Source: a virus (taxonomy: Duplodnaviria; Caudoviricetes). Taken from it: a stretch of 61,169 nucleotides of DNA. Shown piece by piece: positions 29,119 to 37,827 of the stretch. Positions within the stretch are counted from its first letter, which is position 1; the number at the start of each line of letters is the position of its first letter. The stretch covers positions 1-61,169 of the IMG/VR virus record IMGVR_UViG_3300046758_000288. One strand, given 5' to 3'. The position numbers and the translations under genes are program-made. The notes beneath the pieces were generated by a model. It saw nothing but the letters and a program-made list of their open reading frames with translations. It was not told where the DNA came from and did not search any database.

Positions 29119-29433
29119 ATGACAGACATAGACCTAGAAGAAGTTATTAAGATCGATGAAAAGATTGAAGAAAAGATTACTGAGCCTTTAAAGCACAAAG
29201 TAGTATTTTTGAATGATGATCAAACTCCAATGGAATGGGTAATTGATGTATTAACTAACATTTTCAATCACTCGCAAGAAACTGCTGAAAAGATTACACT
29301 TCAGATTCATGCAGAAGGTTCCGGTGTTGCAGGTATATACAGTTACGAGATAGCTGAACACAAGGCTATTGAAACTGTAAATGCTAGTAGAGACAAAGGG
29401 TTTCCGCTAAATGTGAGGATTGAACAAGAATAA
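29119..29433 (+). CDS. clpS: Clp protease adaptor ClpS
   Basis: VVFLNDDQTPMEWV, IHAEGSGVAGIY, FPL. Confidence 0.92.
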   Translation: MTDIDLEEVIKIDEKIEEKITEPLKHKVVFLNDDQTPMEWVIDVLTNIFNHSQETAEKITLQIHAEGSGVAGIYSYEIAEHKAIETVNASRDKGFPLNVRIEQE

Positions 29434-29434
29434 C

Positions 29435-30001
29435 ATGAGTAATTTAAAAGAACTAACCTGGGAACATCATAAGAATGCAGAAAGGCAAGAATTTGCTAGT
29501 TTAATGATGTCTGGTAAAATTAATCCAGACTTGTATGCTACATACTTGTGGAACCAACATAAAAAATACGATCTACTTGAAGCTATTGCGGCACCTATGG
29601 GATTGTTTTCAACACTAGGTGACATTCGTCGTAAACTTTTAATTGAAGAAGATTTTAGAGAACTTTGGAAACATACTGAAGAGCCTATTATTACTCAAAG
29701 TACACACGAATATATAATGCATATGCGAGACCTTATTGGCAATGCTGACAAACTAACTGCTCATATGTATGTATTATACATGGGTGACCTTAGTGGTGGC
29801 CAGATGATTAAGAAACGTATACCGGGTGCAGGTAAAATGTATGACTTTGAAGGCGATACAAAAGCTATCAAAGAAAGCATTAGAGCAATGTGCAATGACG
29901 ATATGGCAGAAGAAGCAAAATATGTGTTTGACTCTGCAACAAAATTATTTCAAGAATTGATGGAGTTAAATATTGAGCCTTATATGGAACAAACTAATTG
30001 A
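29435..30001 (+). CDS. Heme oxygenase
   Basis: LKELTWEHHKNAE, AHMYVLYMGDLSGGQMI, EEAKYVF. Confidence 0.9.
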   Translation: MSNLKELTWEHHKNAERQEFASLMMSGKINPDLYATYLWNQHKKYDLLEAIAAPMGLFSTLGDIRRKLLIEEDFRELWKHTEEPIITQSTHEYIMHMRDLIGNADKLTAHMYVLYMGDLSGGQMIKKRIPGAGKMYDFEGDTKAIKESIRAMCNDDMAEEAKYVFDSATKLFQELMELNIEPYMEQTN

Positions 30002-30665
30002 ATGTCAAAATGAGATTATTTCAATCTTTGACGAGCAAGCTAAAGAAATTAATGAACCCGGACTTGATTATTTTAACCGCCCCGATGGTGGTTGGGTTAA
30101 CCGCGTTTGGGCTAATGATAATGTTAGACGAGCTCACATTGATGTAGTCGATGCACGTGAGTCTAAAGGCTTGTGGATGATGCATGTATGCATCTTTCCA
30201 ACACTAGACAATCCAGCACCTATTTACGGCTTTGATGTCATTGCCGGCAAGAACAAAATGACTGGAGCCTTCCACGACTTTAGTGCAAGTGCTGATCCTA
30301 ATCATCCTATGATACAAGGTTACTTTGAAAGTGTAGAACATTTTGTTCCTAAGAAAAGACGTGAACTACCAGAATGGGCTACAAATATTTTTACAGAAAA
30401 AATGCTTGCCGCTAGTAATGTAAACACAGACGAAGAAGCAACAGAAATTATTCGTATTGCACTAGATAACTTGCGAGCATACTTTGATGAAGTAGGATTA
30501 TCAAAAGGCGAAGGCGATAGAGCAATAGTTGCCGCAAGTCAAGACTATTACTGTCATAACCAGCAACAGAATCCGCATACTCCTAATGTAATGAAGTCAT
30601 TAGGTCTCAACGAAGATGATGTAGACAAGTTCTGCACAGACATGTTGTTTCCTAAACTTGCATAA
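29973..30665 (+). CDS. Ferredoxin-dependent bilin reductase (PcyA/PcyX-like)
   Basis: RRAHIDVVD, MMHVCIFP, PIYGFDVIAG, RELPEWA, QQQNPHT, LFP. Confidence 0.88.
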   Translation: MSLIWNKLIECQNEIISIFDEQAKEINEPGLDYFNRPDGGWVNRVWANDNVRRAHIDVVDARESKGLWMMHVCIFPTLDNPAPIYGFDVIAGKNKMTGAFHDFSASADPNHPMIQGYFESVEHFVPKKRRELPEWATNIFTEKMLAASNVNTDEEATEIIRIALDNLRAYFDEVGLSKGEGDRAIVAASQDYYCHNQQQNPHTPNVMKSLGLNEDDVDKFCTDMLFPKLA

Positions 30666-30688
30666 ATACATTAACGGGAGTAGATAAA

Positions 30689-32341
30689 ATGCGTTTCAAT
30701 GACTTTAAACTAGTAGAATCAAAAAAATTATACGAAACGGCTAATGCTGGGCTTGAAGCTCAACATGCCATTCATGATATTGAAGCTATTAGTGATGCTG
30801 TACCTGCAATGGATCCACAGTTGAAAGCAAGCATTTTATCTAACTTACAAAATCTTGCTTCAAAGGTTGGAGATTTTGTTGCTAAGAATATAAAGCAAAC
30901 TCAACCTACTCAACAAGCACAACCACAAGCACAGCCTAACGATCCAAATGCTACAGTAGAAGAAGCAGTAGCAGAAGTAAACAGTGAAGATCAAGAAGCA
31001 CAAGCGGCACTTGCAAAACTAAAAGCTGACATTGCCGCAATTGAATCAAGTAACATTGATGACAGTATCAAAGCAAGTTTCTTAGCAAGTCTAAATGAAA
31101 CACTAGATAAACTTACACAAGCATCAGAAAGAATAACTGCTTCACGTGATACAGCACGTAGCGAACGTGACGAAGCAATTAACTTTGTTAAAGAAGTTAC
31201 AGGAGTACTTGTAACACTAGGTAACAAGGTACAAGGCTTCCAAGAAGACACTGATACAGAATCAATGACAGCCAAAGATAGAGCATCATTTAAAAAGATG
31301 GCTGTTAATGCAGAGAAGTTTACTAAAACACTAAAGCAAGCTCTGTTTGGTAAAATACTTGACATGCAAGAAGGCAGTGATGTTACTGGACAAGAAATAA
31401 AAGAATTTTTAGAAGCATGTGTACGTGGCGATGTAATTAACATGCTACAAGTTATTGGCACAAGCCAAGGTAATATTAAAGATCATGTTAATCCAAAATA
31501 TCAAAAAGTGTTTGATGTATTTGTAGAAGAAAACATCTTTAGTTATGCGCCAGGCACAACATCAGGTGCTATTGGTCCAGGCGAAATGGCTCTGTCAATG
31601 ATGGGTAACCCTGCTGAAAAAGGCAAGAAGGGCGACTTGAAGATTGGTGACGAAGAAGTTGAAATCAAAGCGAGTGCAAAAACAGGTGGACGCTTTAACA
31701 GTAAAGCTATTGCTAAAGCAACTACAGGTTGGCAAACTTGGGCTCAAAAGATTAACGACATAATGACTCAAGCACCAGAAGATGCAACTATATCAGTTAC
31801 ACAAAAAGATGGTTCAGAAAAACTTATTCCTGCACGTGAGTACAATGGTAACAGACACAATGTAATCAAAGGCAAAGCCAAAGAAGGTAGCAAGTACAAT
31901 TGGAATGCATCAGGCTTTAAAGCTCTAAACATTGAAGTATTACAACCTTACTCAAACTTACGACAAACGTTTGACTTGTTTGAATCTACTATACGAGCTC
32001 TTGTACAGAACTATGACAAACTAAGTAAACCACAACAAGGTAATTCACATCACAAGCCATTTAATCCAGGTGACTTGATTGAAGCCGCTATCAACGATGA
32101 CGGCACAGTTGATATGAAGAAAATGAATATTGCGTATTCTAAAATTGCATATGCAAGTTATCACTTAGCAGATGGTATTACAACTGTTATGCTTCTAAGA
32201 ACTGATAACTTAGAGTACACTATATTTAGAAACGCAGACGAACTAGTTGATCAAATGAACAGCGACAGTATTATTACTGGCGGTGGATTTAACTGGAATG
32301 ACGATCAACAAACACCTACTCCAGGTTATATAGCTTCCTAA
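30689..32341 (+). CDS. Putative head-packaged protein with coiled coil and nuclease-like C-domain
   Basis: MRFNDFKLVE N-terminus; GPGE..KGDLKIGDEEVEIK; TAAATA upstream. Confidence 0.6.
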   Translation: MRFNDFKLVESKKLYETANAGLEAQHAIHDIEAISDAVPAMDPQLKASILSNLQNLASKVGDFVAKNIKQTQPTQQAQPQAQPNDPNATVEEAVAEVNSEDQEAQAALAKLKADIAAIESSNIDDSIKASFLASLNETLDKLTQASERITASRDTARSERDEAINFVKEVTGVLVTLGNKVQGFQEDTDTESMTAKDRASFKKMAVNAEKFTKTLKQALFGKILDMQEGSDVTGQEIKEFLEACVRGDVINMLQVIGTSQGNIKDHVNPKYQKVFDVFVEENIFSYAPGTTSGAIGPGEMALSMMGNPAEKGKKGDLKIGDEEVEIKASAKTGGRFNSKAIAKATTGWQTWAQKINDIMTQAPEDATISVTQKDGSEKLIPAREYNGNRHNVIKGKAKEGSKYNWNASGFKALNIEVLQPYSNLRQTFDLFESTIRALVQNYDKLSKPQQGNSHHKPFNPGDLIEAAINDDGTVDMKKMNIAYSKIAYASYHLADGITTVMLLRTDNLEYTIFRNADELVDQMNSDSIITGGGFNWNDDQQTPTPGYIAS

Positions 32342-32421
32342 CTTTTTATATCTAAACCCATACTTTTGCTAGGTTGTATTCTCACGACTCTAATGCTATA
32401 TTAGTACAAAGGAGAAACTCT

Positions 32422-32508
32422 ATGGAACTATTAATAATGATTATAGTAATTGGTTTAACTATCCCGTTTGTAGGATTGCTTTGGATGTTCTATGATATGT
32501 TCAAGTAA
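32422..32508 (+). CDS. 28-aa single-TM peptide
   Basis: AAGGAG RBS; MELLIMIIVIGLTIPFVGLLWMFYDMFK. Confidence 0.5.
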   Translation: MELLIMIIVIGLTIPFVGLLWMFYDMFK

Positions 32509-32761
32509 CGCTAGGAAATCCGTACTTTTTCATTTTAGCAATTAAATTGGTTCTGCCTATCTTTAATAGTTTGGCAGCCTTAGTTTGATTGCCTTCAGAT
32601 CTTGCAAGTGCATCACTAATTCTATCACGTTCAAGCATTTCAACTTCATCAGGTAATGCAGTTTCAAATTTAAGTTGCTCGTGATATTCGGCAAGTTCTC
32701 CGCATATGTTCCAAAGTGCTTCTTGTTCTTCTCGGTATTTTTGAGTTTCTAAATCATTCAT
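32501..32761 (-). CDS. Stand-alone Fis/NtrC-type helix-turn-helix protein
   Basis: LERDRISDALARSEGNQTKAAKLLKIGRTNLIAKMKKY. Confidence 0.85.
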   Translation of the reverse strand: MNDLETQKYREEQEALWNICGELAEYHEQLKFETALPDEVEMLERDRISDALARSEGNQTKAAKLLKIGRTNLIAKMKKYGFPSVT

Positions 32762-32805
32762 ATTGTATTTATTACTGTATAATTTTTGGTGTAGTTATTA
32801 TGTAG

Positions 32806-32823
32806 GTGTAAAAATATTTACAC
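32806..32823. promoter_or_regulatory. Palindromic operator candidate (TGT-N10-ACA)
   Basis: GTGTAAA-AATA-TTTACAC between two divergent TAAATA promoters. Confidence 0.5.
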
Positions 32824-32878
32824 TTAACGCTAAATACAAACGCAGGGCACAGAATAATAAATACAAACGGAGGATCTT

Positions 32879-33337
32879 ATGAAAAGATTATTATTATTAG
32901 CGGCTATATTTATTACCTTTGCTCCCAACATTGCGGCTAGCGAACTAAATTGGGGTTTCAAAAATCCTAGTTTTAGTGGACAAGGCTATTCATCGCACGT
33001 ATTAAGTGCTGAACAGCTACAGTTTAATCGCAAGCAAGACATTGAAAAAGAGGCAGAAGCAGAGGCAAGAAGAATAGAACGCGAACTAGAAAACAGTACT
33101 CTTAATAAGTTTTTAAAGAACGTAGAGAGTAGAATATATGCACAAATATCCAAACAGATGGTTGATGCAATGTTTGCAGATTGTACAGATACGTGTTCTA
33201 ACACAGGCACAGCAGAGATTGAAGGTTCAACAATAACTTGGATAAAAGCAGACGGGATGATAACTTTGACTATTGTAGGTGAAGACGGTACAGTAACAGA
33301 GATAGCAATACCGGCAGATGGAGATTTTAGCTTTTAA
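32879..33337 (+). CDS. csgF: Curli assembly protein CsgF-like
   Basis: Signal peptide then SELNWGFKNPSFSGQG; adjacent to csgG. Confidence 0.8.
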   Translation: MKRLLLLAAIFITFAPNIAASELNWGFKNPSFSGQGYSSHVLSAEQLQFNRKQDIEKEAEAEARRIERELENSTLNKFLKNVESRIYAQISKQMVDAMFADCTDTCSNTGTAEIEGSTITWIKADGMITLTIVGEDGTVTEIAIPADGDFSF

Positions 33338-33338
33338 C

Positions 33339-34346
33339 ATGAAAGTACTCATTGCCCTATTATCACTAGCATTGCTAGGCGGGTGTGCTATGAATCCTAG
33401 TTTACAAACGTTAAGAGATTCAGAGACGTCACCTGTAGTACAGGAATCACCAATCGCAGAACGATTAGAAGATGTACCTGTAATTGATGGACCCAAGATT
33501 ACAATAGCTGTTTATAGTTTTAGTGATAAAACAGGACAGCGAAAACCAAGCGATGCTGTATCAAATTTGAGTTCAGCAGTAACACAAGGTGGTGAAGTTT
33601 GGGTAATCAAAGCTCTGCAAGATATAGGAAACGAAGGGTGGTTCGAAGTAGTTGAACGAGTAGGGATGGATAATCTCATTAAAGAAAGACAACTTATTCG
33701 ACAAACACGTGAGCAGTACGAAGGCAAAGAAGCTACTAATTTACAGCCGTTGTTATTCGCAGGGCTTATTTTAGAGGGAGGCATAATTGGGTATGACAGC
33801 AATGTTGCTGTTGGAGGTGCAGGCGCAAGATGGCTAGGCGTTGGTTCTCAAACTCAATACAGAATAGATACCGTTACTATAGCATTAAGAATTGTTAGTG
33901 TAAGTACGGGGAAGGTGCTTTTAAGCATAGCAACTGAAAAAACGATTGCAAGCCATCAGTCCGGAGCGGACATATTTAAGTTCCTAGATATGGGGACTAG
34001 ATTGTTAGAAACTGAGATAGGATTTTCAGTTAACGAACCGGTAAACTACGCTACAAGGGCTGCCATCGAGCAGGCAGTAGTTGAGTTAGTTTACGAAGGA
34101 GAAAAAAAGGGACTTTGGAAGTTTAAAGATAGAACATACACAGGAACATTACCTGCAACTAGACCATTAAAACTAAGCGAAGCATTAGAAAAATGGCCAG
34201 ATCAAAGATTGTATTGTGATGCAACTGATATGTGTTATCCGGCAACGGCTAAAGATAACAACCAAATGAGGGATAATAATGAAGTTAAAGATGTTAACAT
34301 TGTCGTTGATGACACTGCTAATGACGACTCCGGCTCTGGCGAATGA
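33339..34346 (+). CDS. csgG: Curli secretion channel CsgG (lipoprotein)
   Basis: LGGC lipobox; AVYSFSDKTGQRK, SSAVTQG, WFEVVER, LIKERQLIR, EGGIIGYDSN, NEP. Confidence 0.92.
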   Translation: MKVLIALLSLALLGGCAMNPSLQTLRDSETSPVVQESPIAERLEDVPVIDGPKITIAVYSFSDKTGQRKPSDAVSNLSSAVTQGGEVWVIKALQDIGNEGWFEVVERVGMDNLIKERQLIRQTREQYEGKEATNLQPLLFAGLILEGGIIGYDSNVAVGGAGARWLGVGSQTQYRIDTVTIALRIVSVSTGKVLLSIATEKTIASHQSGADIFKFLDMGTRLLETEIGFSVNEPVNYATRAAIEQAVVELVYEGEKKGLWKFKDRTYTGTLPATRPLKLSEALEKWPDQRLYCDATDMCYPATAKDNNQMRDNNEVKDVNIVVDDTANDDSGSGE

Positions 34347-35031
34347 TATCTATATTACACAAGTAGGTGATAATTTAGATTTAGACATTACACAAGACGG
34401 GTCTGATAACCAGTTTGGTGATAGCACTACCGGTGTTTCACTAGCAGGTGACGGCATGGTGTTCTCAATTACACAAACGGGCGACAGCAATGATATTGCG
34501 GCAGTTATTAATGGTGATTCATATACTGGTACATGGGTATTTACTGGTAACACAAACGTAGTAGATTTTAAATGTGACAGTCTAGGTACCGCAGGTGCAG
34601 GCAACTGTGAATCTGTTGATCTTGATATTACTACTACAGGTGATGACAATACTTTTAAATTTTATATAGGCGAAAACTCAGACGCTGAAGGGGCTGATGT
34701 AACATTTACTGTTACTGGCGACGACAACGTAGTTGATGCTGATATAGATGGTATAGATTCAACTGTAACCGTTGTAGTAAACAACAGTACTAGTTTACAC
34801 TCTGGTGGTGCTACTAGTGCAACTGACAATACCTTAAGTTCAACTAATGCAGGTAACATTATTGATATAGACGTAGATGGTGCTGGTGATGCAAACGGAC
34901 ACTTGATAGACTTAACAGTCACAGGTGGAGGTAATGTATTCACTATTACACAAAGCGGCACAGGCGATAACGTAATTGATGCAACTTTTACAACTGAAGG
35001 TAGTACAGTAGACATTACGCAGAGCGATTAG
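34279..35031 (+). CDS. Curlin-like secreted beta-repeat protein 1
   Basis: Signal peptide; repeats ITQxGDxN / VTGDDN. Confidence 0.75.
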   Translation: MKLKMLTLSLMTLLMTTPALANDIYITQVGDNLDLDITQDGSDNQFGDSTTGVSLAGDGMVFSITQTGDSNDIAAVINGDSYTGTWVFTGNTNVVDFKCDSLGTAGAGNCESVDLDITTTGDDNTFKFYIGENSDAEGADVTFTVTGDDNVVDADIDGIDSTVTVVVNNSTSLHSGGATSATDNTLSSTNAGNIIDIDVDGAGDANGHLIDLTVTGGGNVFTITQSGTGDNVIDATFTTEGSTVDITQSD

Positions 35032-35032
35032 T

Positions 35033-36169
35033 ATGAAAATACTAATTCTCGTTTTATCCGTTTTTCTGGCTAGTTCAACGTTGGCGAATGCCCAAATAGG
35101 CACCGTAACAGAACTTAACGGAGTTGGACAGATAAAACGTGACAAGGATATAATAGGCAACGACACAGGCACGTCTGTTGAACAAATGGACGAAGCAATT
35201 ACAGAAAAGGGCAGGATGCGTATTGACTTTGTTGATGACACACGATTAGATGTTGTTGATCATAGCAGAGTAGTTATTGACGAATTTATATACGATCCTG
35301 CTACAGGCACAGGGAAACTAGATATTAGAGCAAGCATTGGTGCTGTTCGATATGCTAGTGGACAGATTGCCAAAAACTCAAGACAGCAAGTAAGATTAAG
35401 AACTCCAACAGCAACTATTTCTGTACGTGGCACAGACTTTGCTATGATTGTAAATGAAATTGGCGAAAGTTATGTAACATTACTACCTAGTTGCGAATAT
35501 GACGGAATGGGCAACGAGCTCGAATGTGTAACCGGAGAAATTAAAGTAGAAAATGACGGCGGCTATGTTATTATGAATCAAGCATTTCAAATGACTCGTG
35601 TTAATAGTTACAGCCAGCGTCCTAGTCCTCCTGTTATTGTTGACCTTACCGAACCACAGATTACAGGTATGCTTATAGTAAGACGCAAAGATCCTATTAC
35701 TACAGCACAAGAAAAAGTATATCTAGAACAAAGAAAAACAGACATATTAAGTTTTGATTTTTTAAAGTTTGACGAATTAGAACAAGATGAACTTGTAGAC
35801 AGCATCAAAGACATATGGGTAACAGAGTTAGATAGAGGTGCTGACTATTATCTACGTGAACAGTTGCTAAATATGATTGACGAGTTAAACAAGGCCTTAT
35901 TAAAAAGTTTTCAAGATGAGCTACAAAAACAAAACGAAGAATTTTTTAAAGATAGAGCGTTAGGCTACGATGAAGATACAGGCATGTTTATAGATTTTGA
36001 AGATCCGATGTGGCACATACGCAGACAGGATGTTAGTATAGAGAATACAATAGACATATATCTACACAACGAGTATGGATATAAACTTAATATAGAGCAG
36101 GGTGATGAAGCAGTATACGATTATATGCTTGGCGTTGGCAACAACAATATTAATATCAAACAACGCTAG
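35033..36169 (+). CDS. FecR-domain periplasmic protein
   Basis: Signal peptide; IDFVDDT, IDEFIYDP, TPTATISVRGTDF. Confidence 0.85.
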   Translation: MKILILVLSVFLASSTLANAQIGTVTELNGVGQIKRDKDIIGNDTGTSVEQMDEAITEKGRMRIDFVDDTRLDVVDHSRVVIDEFIYDPATGTGKLDIRASIGAVRYASGQIAKNSRQQVRLRTPTATISVRGTDFAMIVNEIGESYVTLLPSCEYDGMGNELECVTGEIKVENDGGYVIMNQAFQMTRVNSYSQRPSPPVIVDLTEPQITGMLIVRRKDPITTAQEKVYLEQRKTDILSFDFLKFDELEQDELVDSIKDIWVTELDRGADYYLREQLLNMIDELNKALLKSFQDELQKQNEEFFKDRALGYDEDTGMFIDFEDPMWHIRRQDVSIENTIDIYLHNEYGYKLNIEQGDEAVYDYMLGVGNNNINIKQR

Positions 36170-36818
36170 GGCAAATGACATTTATATCAACCAAGTAGGT
36201 GACAACTTGGAAATGCAAGTTATACAAGATGGCGATAACAACTATTTCCAGTATTGTACAAACGGCAATGATTCAAATTGTAAAGATGTAAACGGCAACG
36301 CACACGGTCGGGCAGACGGATTTACTAGTGACGATGCTATAGTGAATAGTGGTACAGTTGGCAACGATAATAAAGTTGTTGTAGCACACGCTACTGGAAC
36401 AGGCAATAATAACATCAATGAAACAAACATTGGAATCATAGGTGATCGCAACAAAGTACAAAACTTCTTTTCAAACCACAGTAGTGGAAGCCACAATTAT
36501 AGTAATCAAGATTGGGGCGGTACTAAAGAAACTAATATTATGATTACAGGCGATGACAATTATGTAAAGGTTGACAGCGATAGTTATGGAGAAGTATATA
36601 GTGAGATTGAAGTAACTGGTGATGACAACAGTGTAATACTATGGCAAAGGTCAATGAATAATAGTGCTTCAATAGACGTAACCAATGCAGGCGGCCCTAG
36701 TACTGTTACTGTTCATCAACTTGGTAGTAGTTACCAAGACACAGGATTAAACACATACGGTATTTCACAGACATGCGCTAATGCCAATGGTTGTTCAGTC
36801 ACTGTGACGCAAAACTAA
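36105..36818 (+). CDS. Curlin-like secreted beta-repeat protein 2
   Basis: ANDIYINQVGDNL; GDDN repeats; ends CSVTVTQN. Confidence 0.7.
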   Translation: MKQYTIICLALATTILISNNARANDIYINQVGDNLEMQVIQDGDNNYFQYCTNGNDSNCKDVNGNAHGRADGFTSDDAIVNSGTVGNDNKVVVAHATGTGNNNINETNIGIIGDRNKVQNFFSNHSSGSHNYSNQDWGGTKETNIMITGDDNYVKVDSDSYGEVYSEIEVTGDDNSVILWQRSMNNSASIDVTNAGGPSTVTVHQLGSSYQDTGLNTYGISQTCANANGCSVTVTQN

Positions 36819-36864
36819 ATAAATACTACTGACAGAGGGCAATACTGTCAGAAAGTAGGGCGTA

Positions 36865-37347
36865 GTGATAGATCCAATTACAGCGATTGCTGGAGCAACC
36901 GCGGCGTTCAACACAATAAAGCAAGGCTTTGCAGTTGGACGTGACATAGAATCAATGGCTGGCGATCTCGGAAGATGGATGGGAGCAGTCAGTGATATCA
37001 AAAAAGCAGAGGAACTCAATAAAAAACCTCCGCTATTCAAAAAACTTTTCCAAGCAGGTAGTGTTGAAGAAGAAGCAATGCAAATCTTTATGGCTAAAAA
37101 GAAAGCCCAAGATATGCGAGAAGAACTGAAACAGATTATTAGTTTTACTAGAGGTCCAAGTGCTTGGGAAGAACTTCTAAAAACAGAAGCAGACATCCGT
37201 AAGAAAAGACAAAAAGCAATATACGATCAAGAAGAAAGACAAAGAGCATTTATTGAAGGAACTGCCATTGTTATAGGACTTTTGATATTAGTTGGAGGAG
37301 TATTAGCGTTATTTTGGTTTGTAGCAAAAGCGAGGGGCATGATATAG
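36865..37347 (+). CDS. Conserved phage protein with C-terminal TM helix
   Basis: MIDPITAIAGATAAF..GRDIESMAGDLGRW. Confidence 0.7.
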   Translation: MIDPITAIAGATAAFNTIKQGFAVGRDIESMAGDLGRWMGAVSDIKKAEELNKKPPLFKKLFQAGSVEEEAMQIFMAKKKAQDMREELKQIISFTRGPSAWEELLKTEADIRKKRQKAIYDQEERQRAFIEGTAIVIGLLILVGGVLALFWFVAKARGMI

Positions 37348-37350
37348 ATA

Positions 37351-37572
37351 ATGGTATACAAATACCAAGACTACATATACGTACACGATTATGGTCGCGG
37401 CAAACTTTACAAAGGAGATCATTTACTTTTTAAAGGAAATGCTTGGAGCGGCATTATAGAGTTTCTCAATGCTACAAACAATGCTTCAGAAGTAAGAGAA
37501 ATGTTCAAAGCTCAACTTGAACAGCGCGAAGTAGTAAAATTTAGACAACATCAAGGAAACATAGAAAAATGA
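37351..37572 (+). CDS. Hypothetical protein
   Basis: ORF. Confidence 0.55.
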   Translation: MVYKYQDYIYVHDYGRGKLYKGDHLLFKGNAWSGIIEFLNATNNASEVREMFKAQLEQREVVKFRQHQGNIEK

Positions 37573-37787
37573 TACACGCATTTATGCTAGTAGTACTATT
37601 AGGTGGTGAGATACAACCGAGCCCTATGTATTTTAGAAGTATTGATGTTTGTCAATATTATGCTAAACGTATACCGAGACAGTATGGTAACTACGGATCA
37701 AAGTATCTAATACCGGCAGAGCATAGAATTACAGCATATTGTAAGCCTGTAAAGGTTCAAGATGGTCCATACATATACGATCACTAA
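37569..37787 (+). CDS. Small exported Cys-pair protein
   Basis: MIHAFMLVVLL..C..YC. Confidence 0.6.
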   Translation: MIHAFMLVVLLGGEIQPSPMYFRSIDVCQYYAKRIPRQYGNYGSKYLIPAEHRITAYCKPVKVQDGPYIYDH

Positions 37788-37827
37788 TAAATAGAGTTAT
37801 AAAACAAAAGTTAATAGGAATTTAAAA

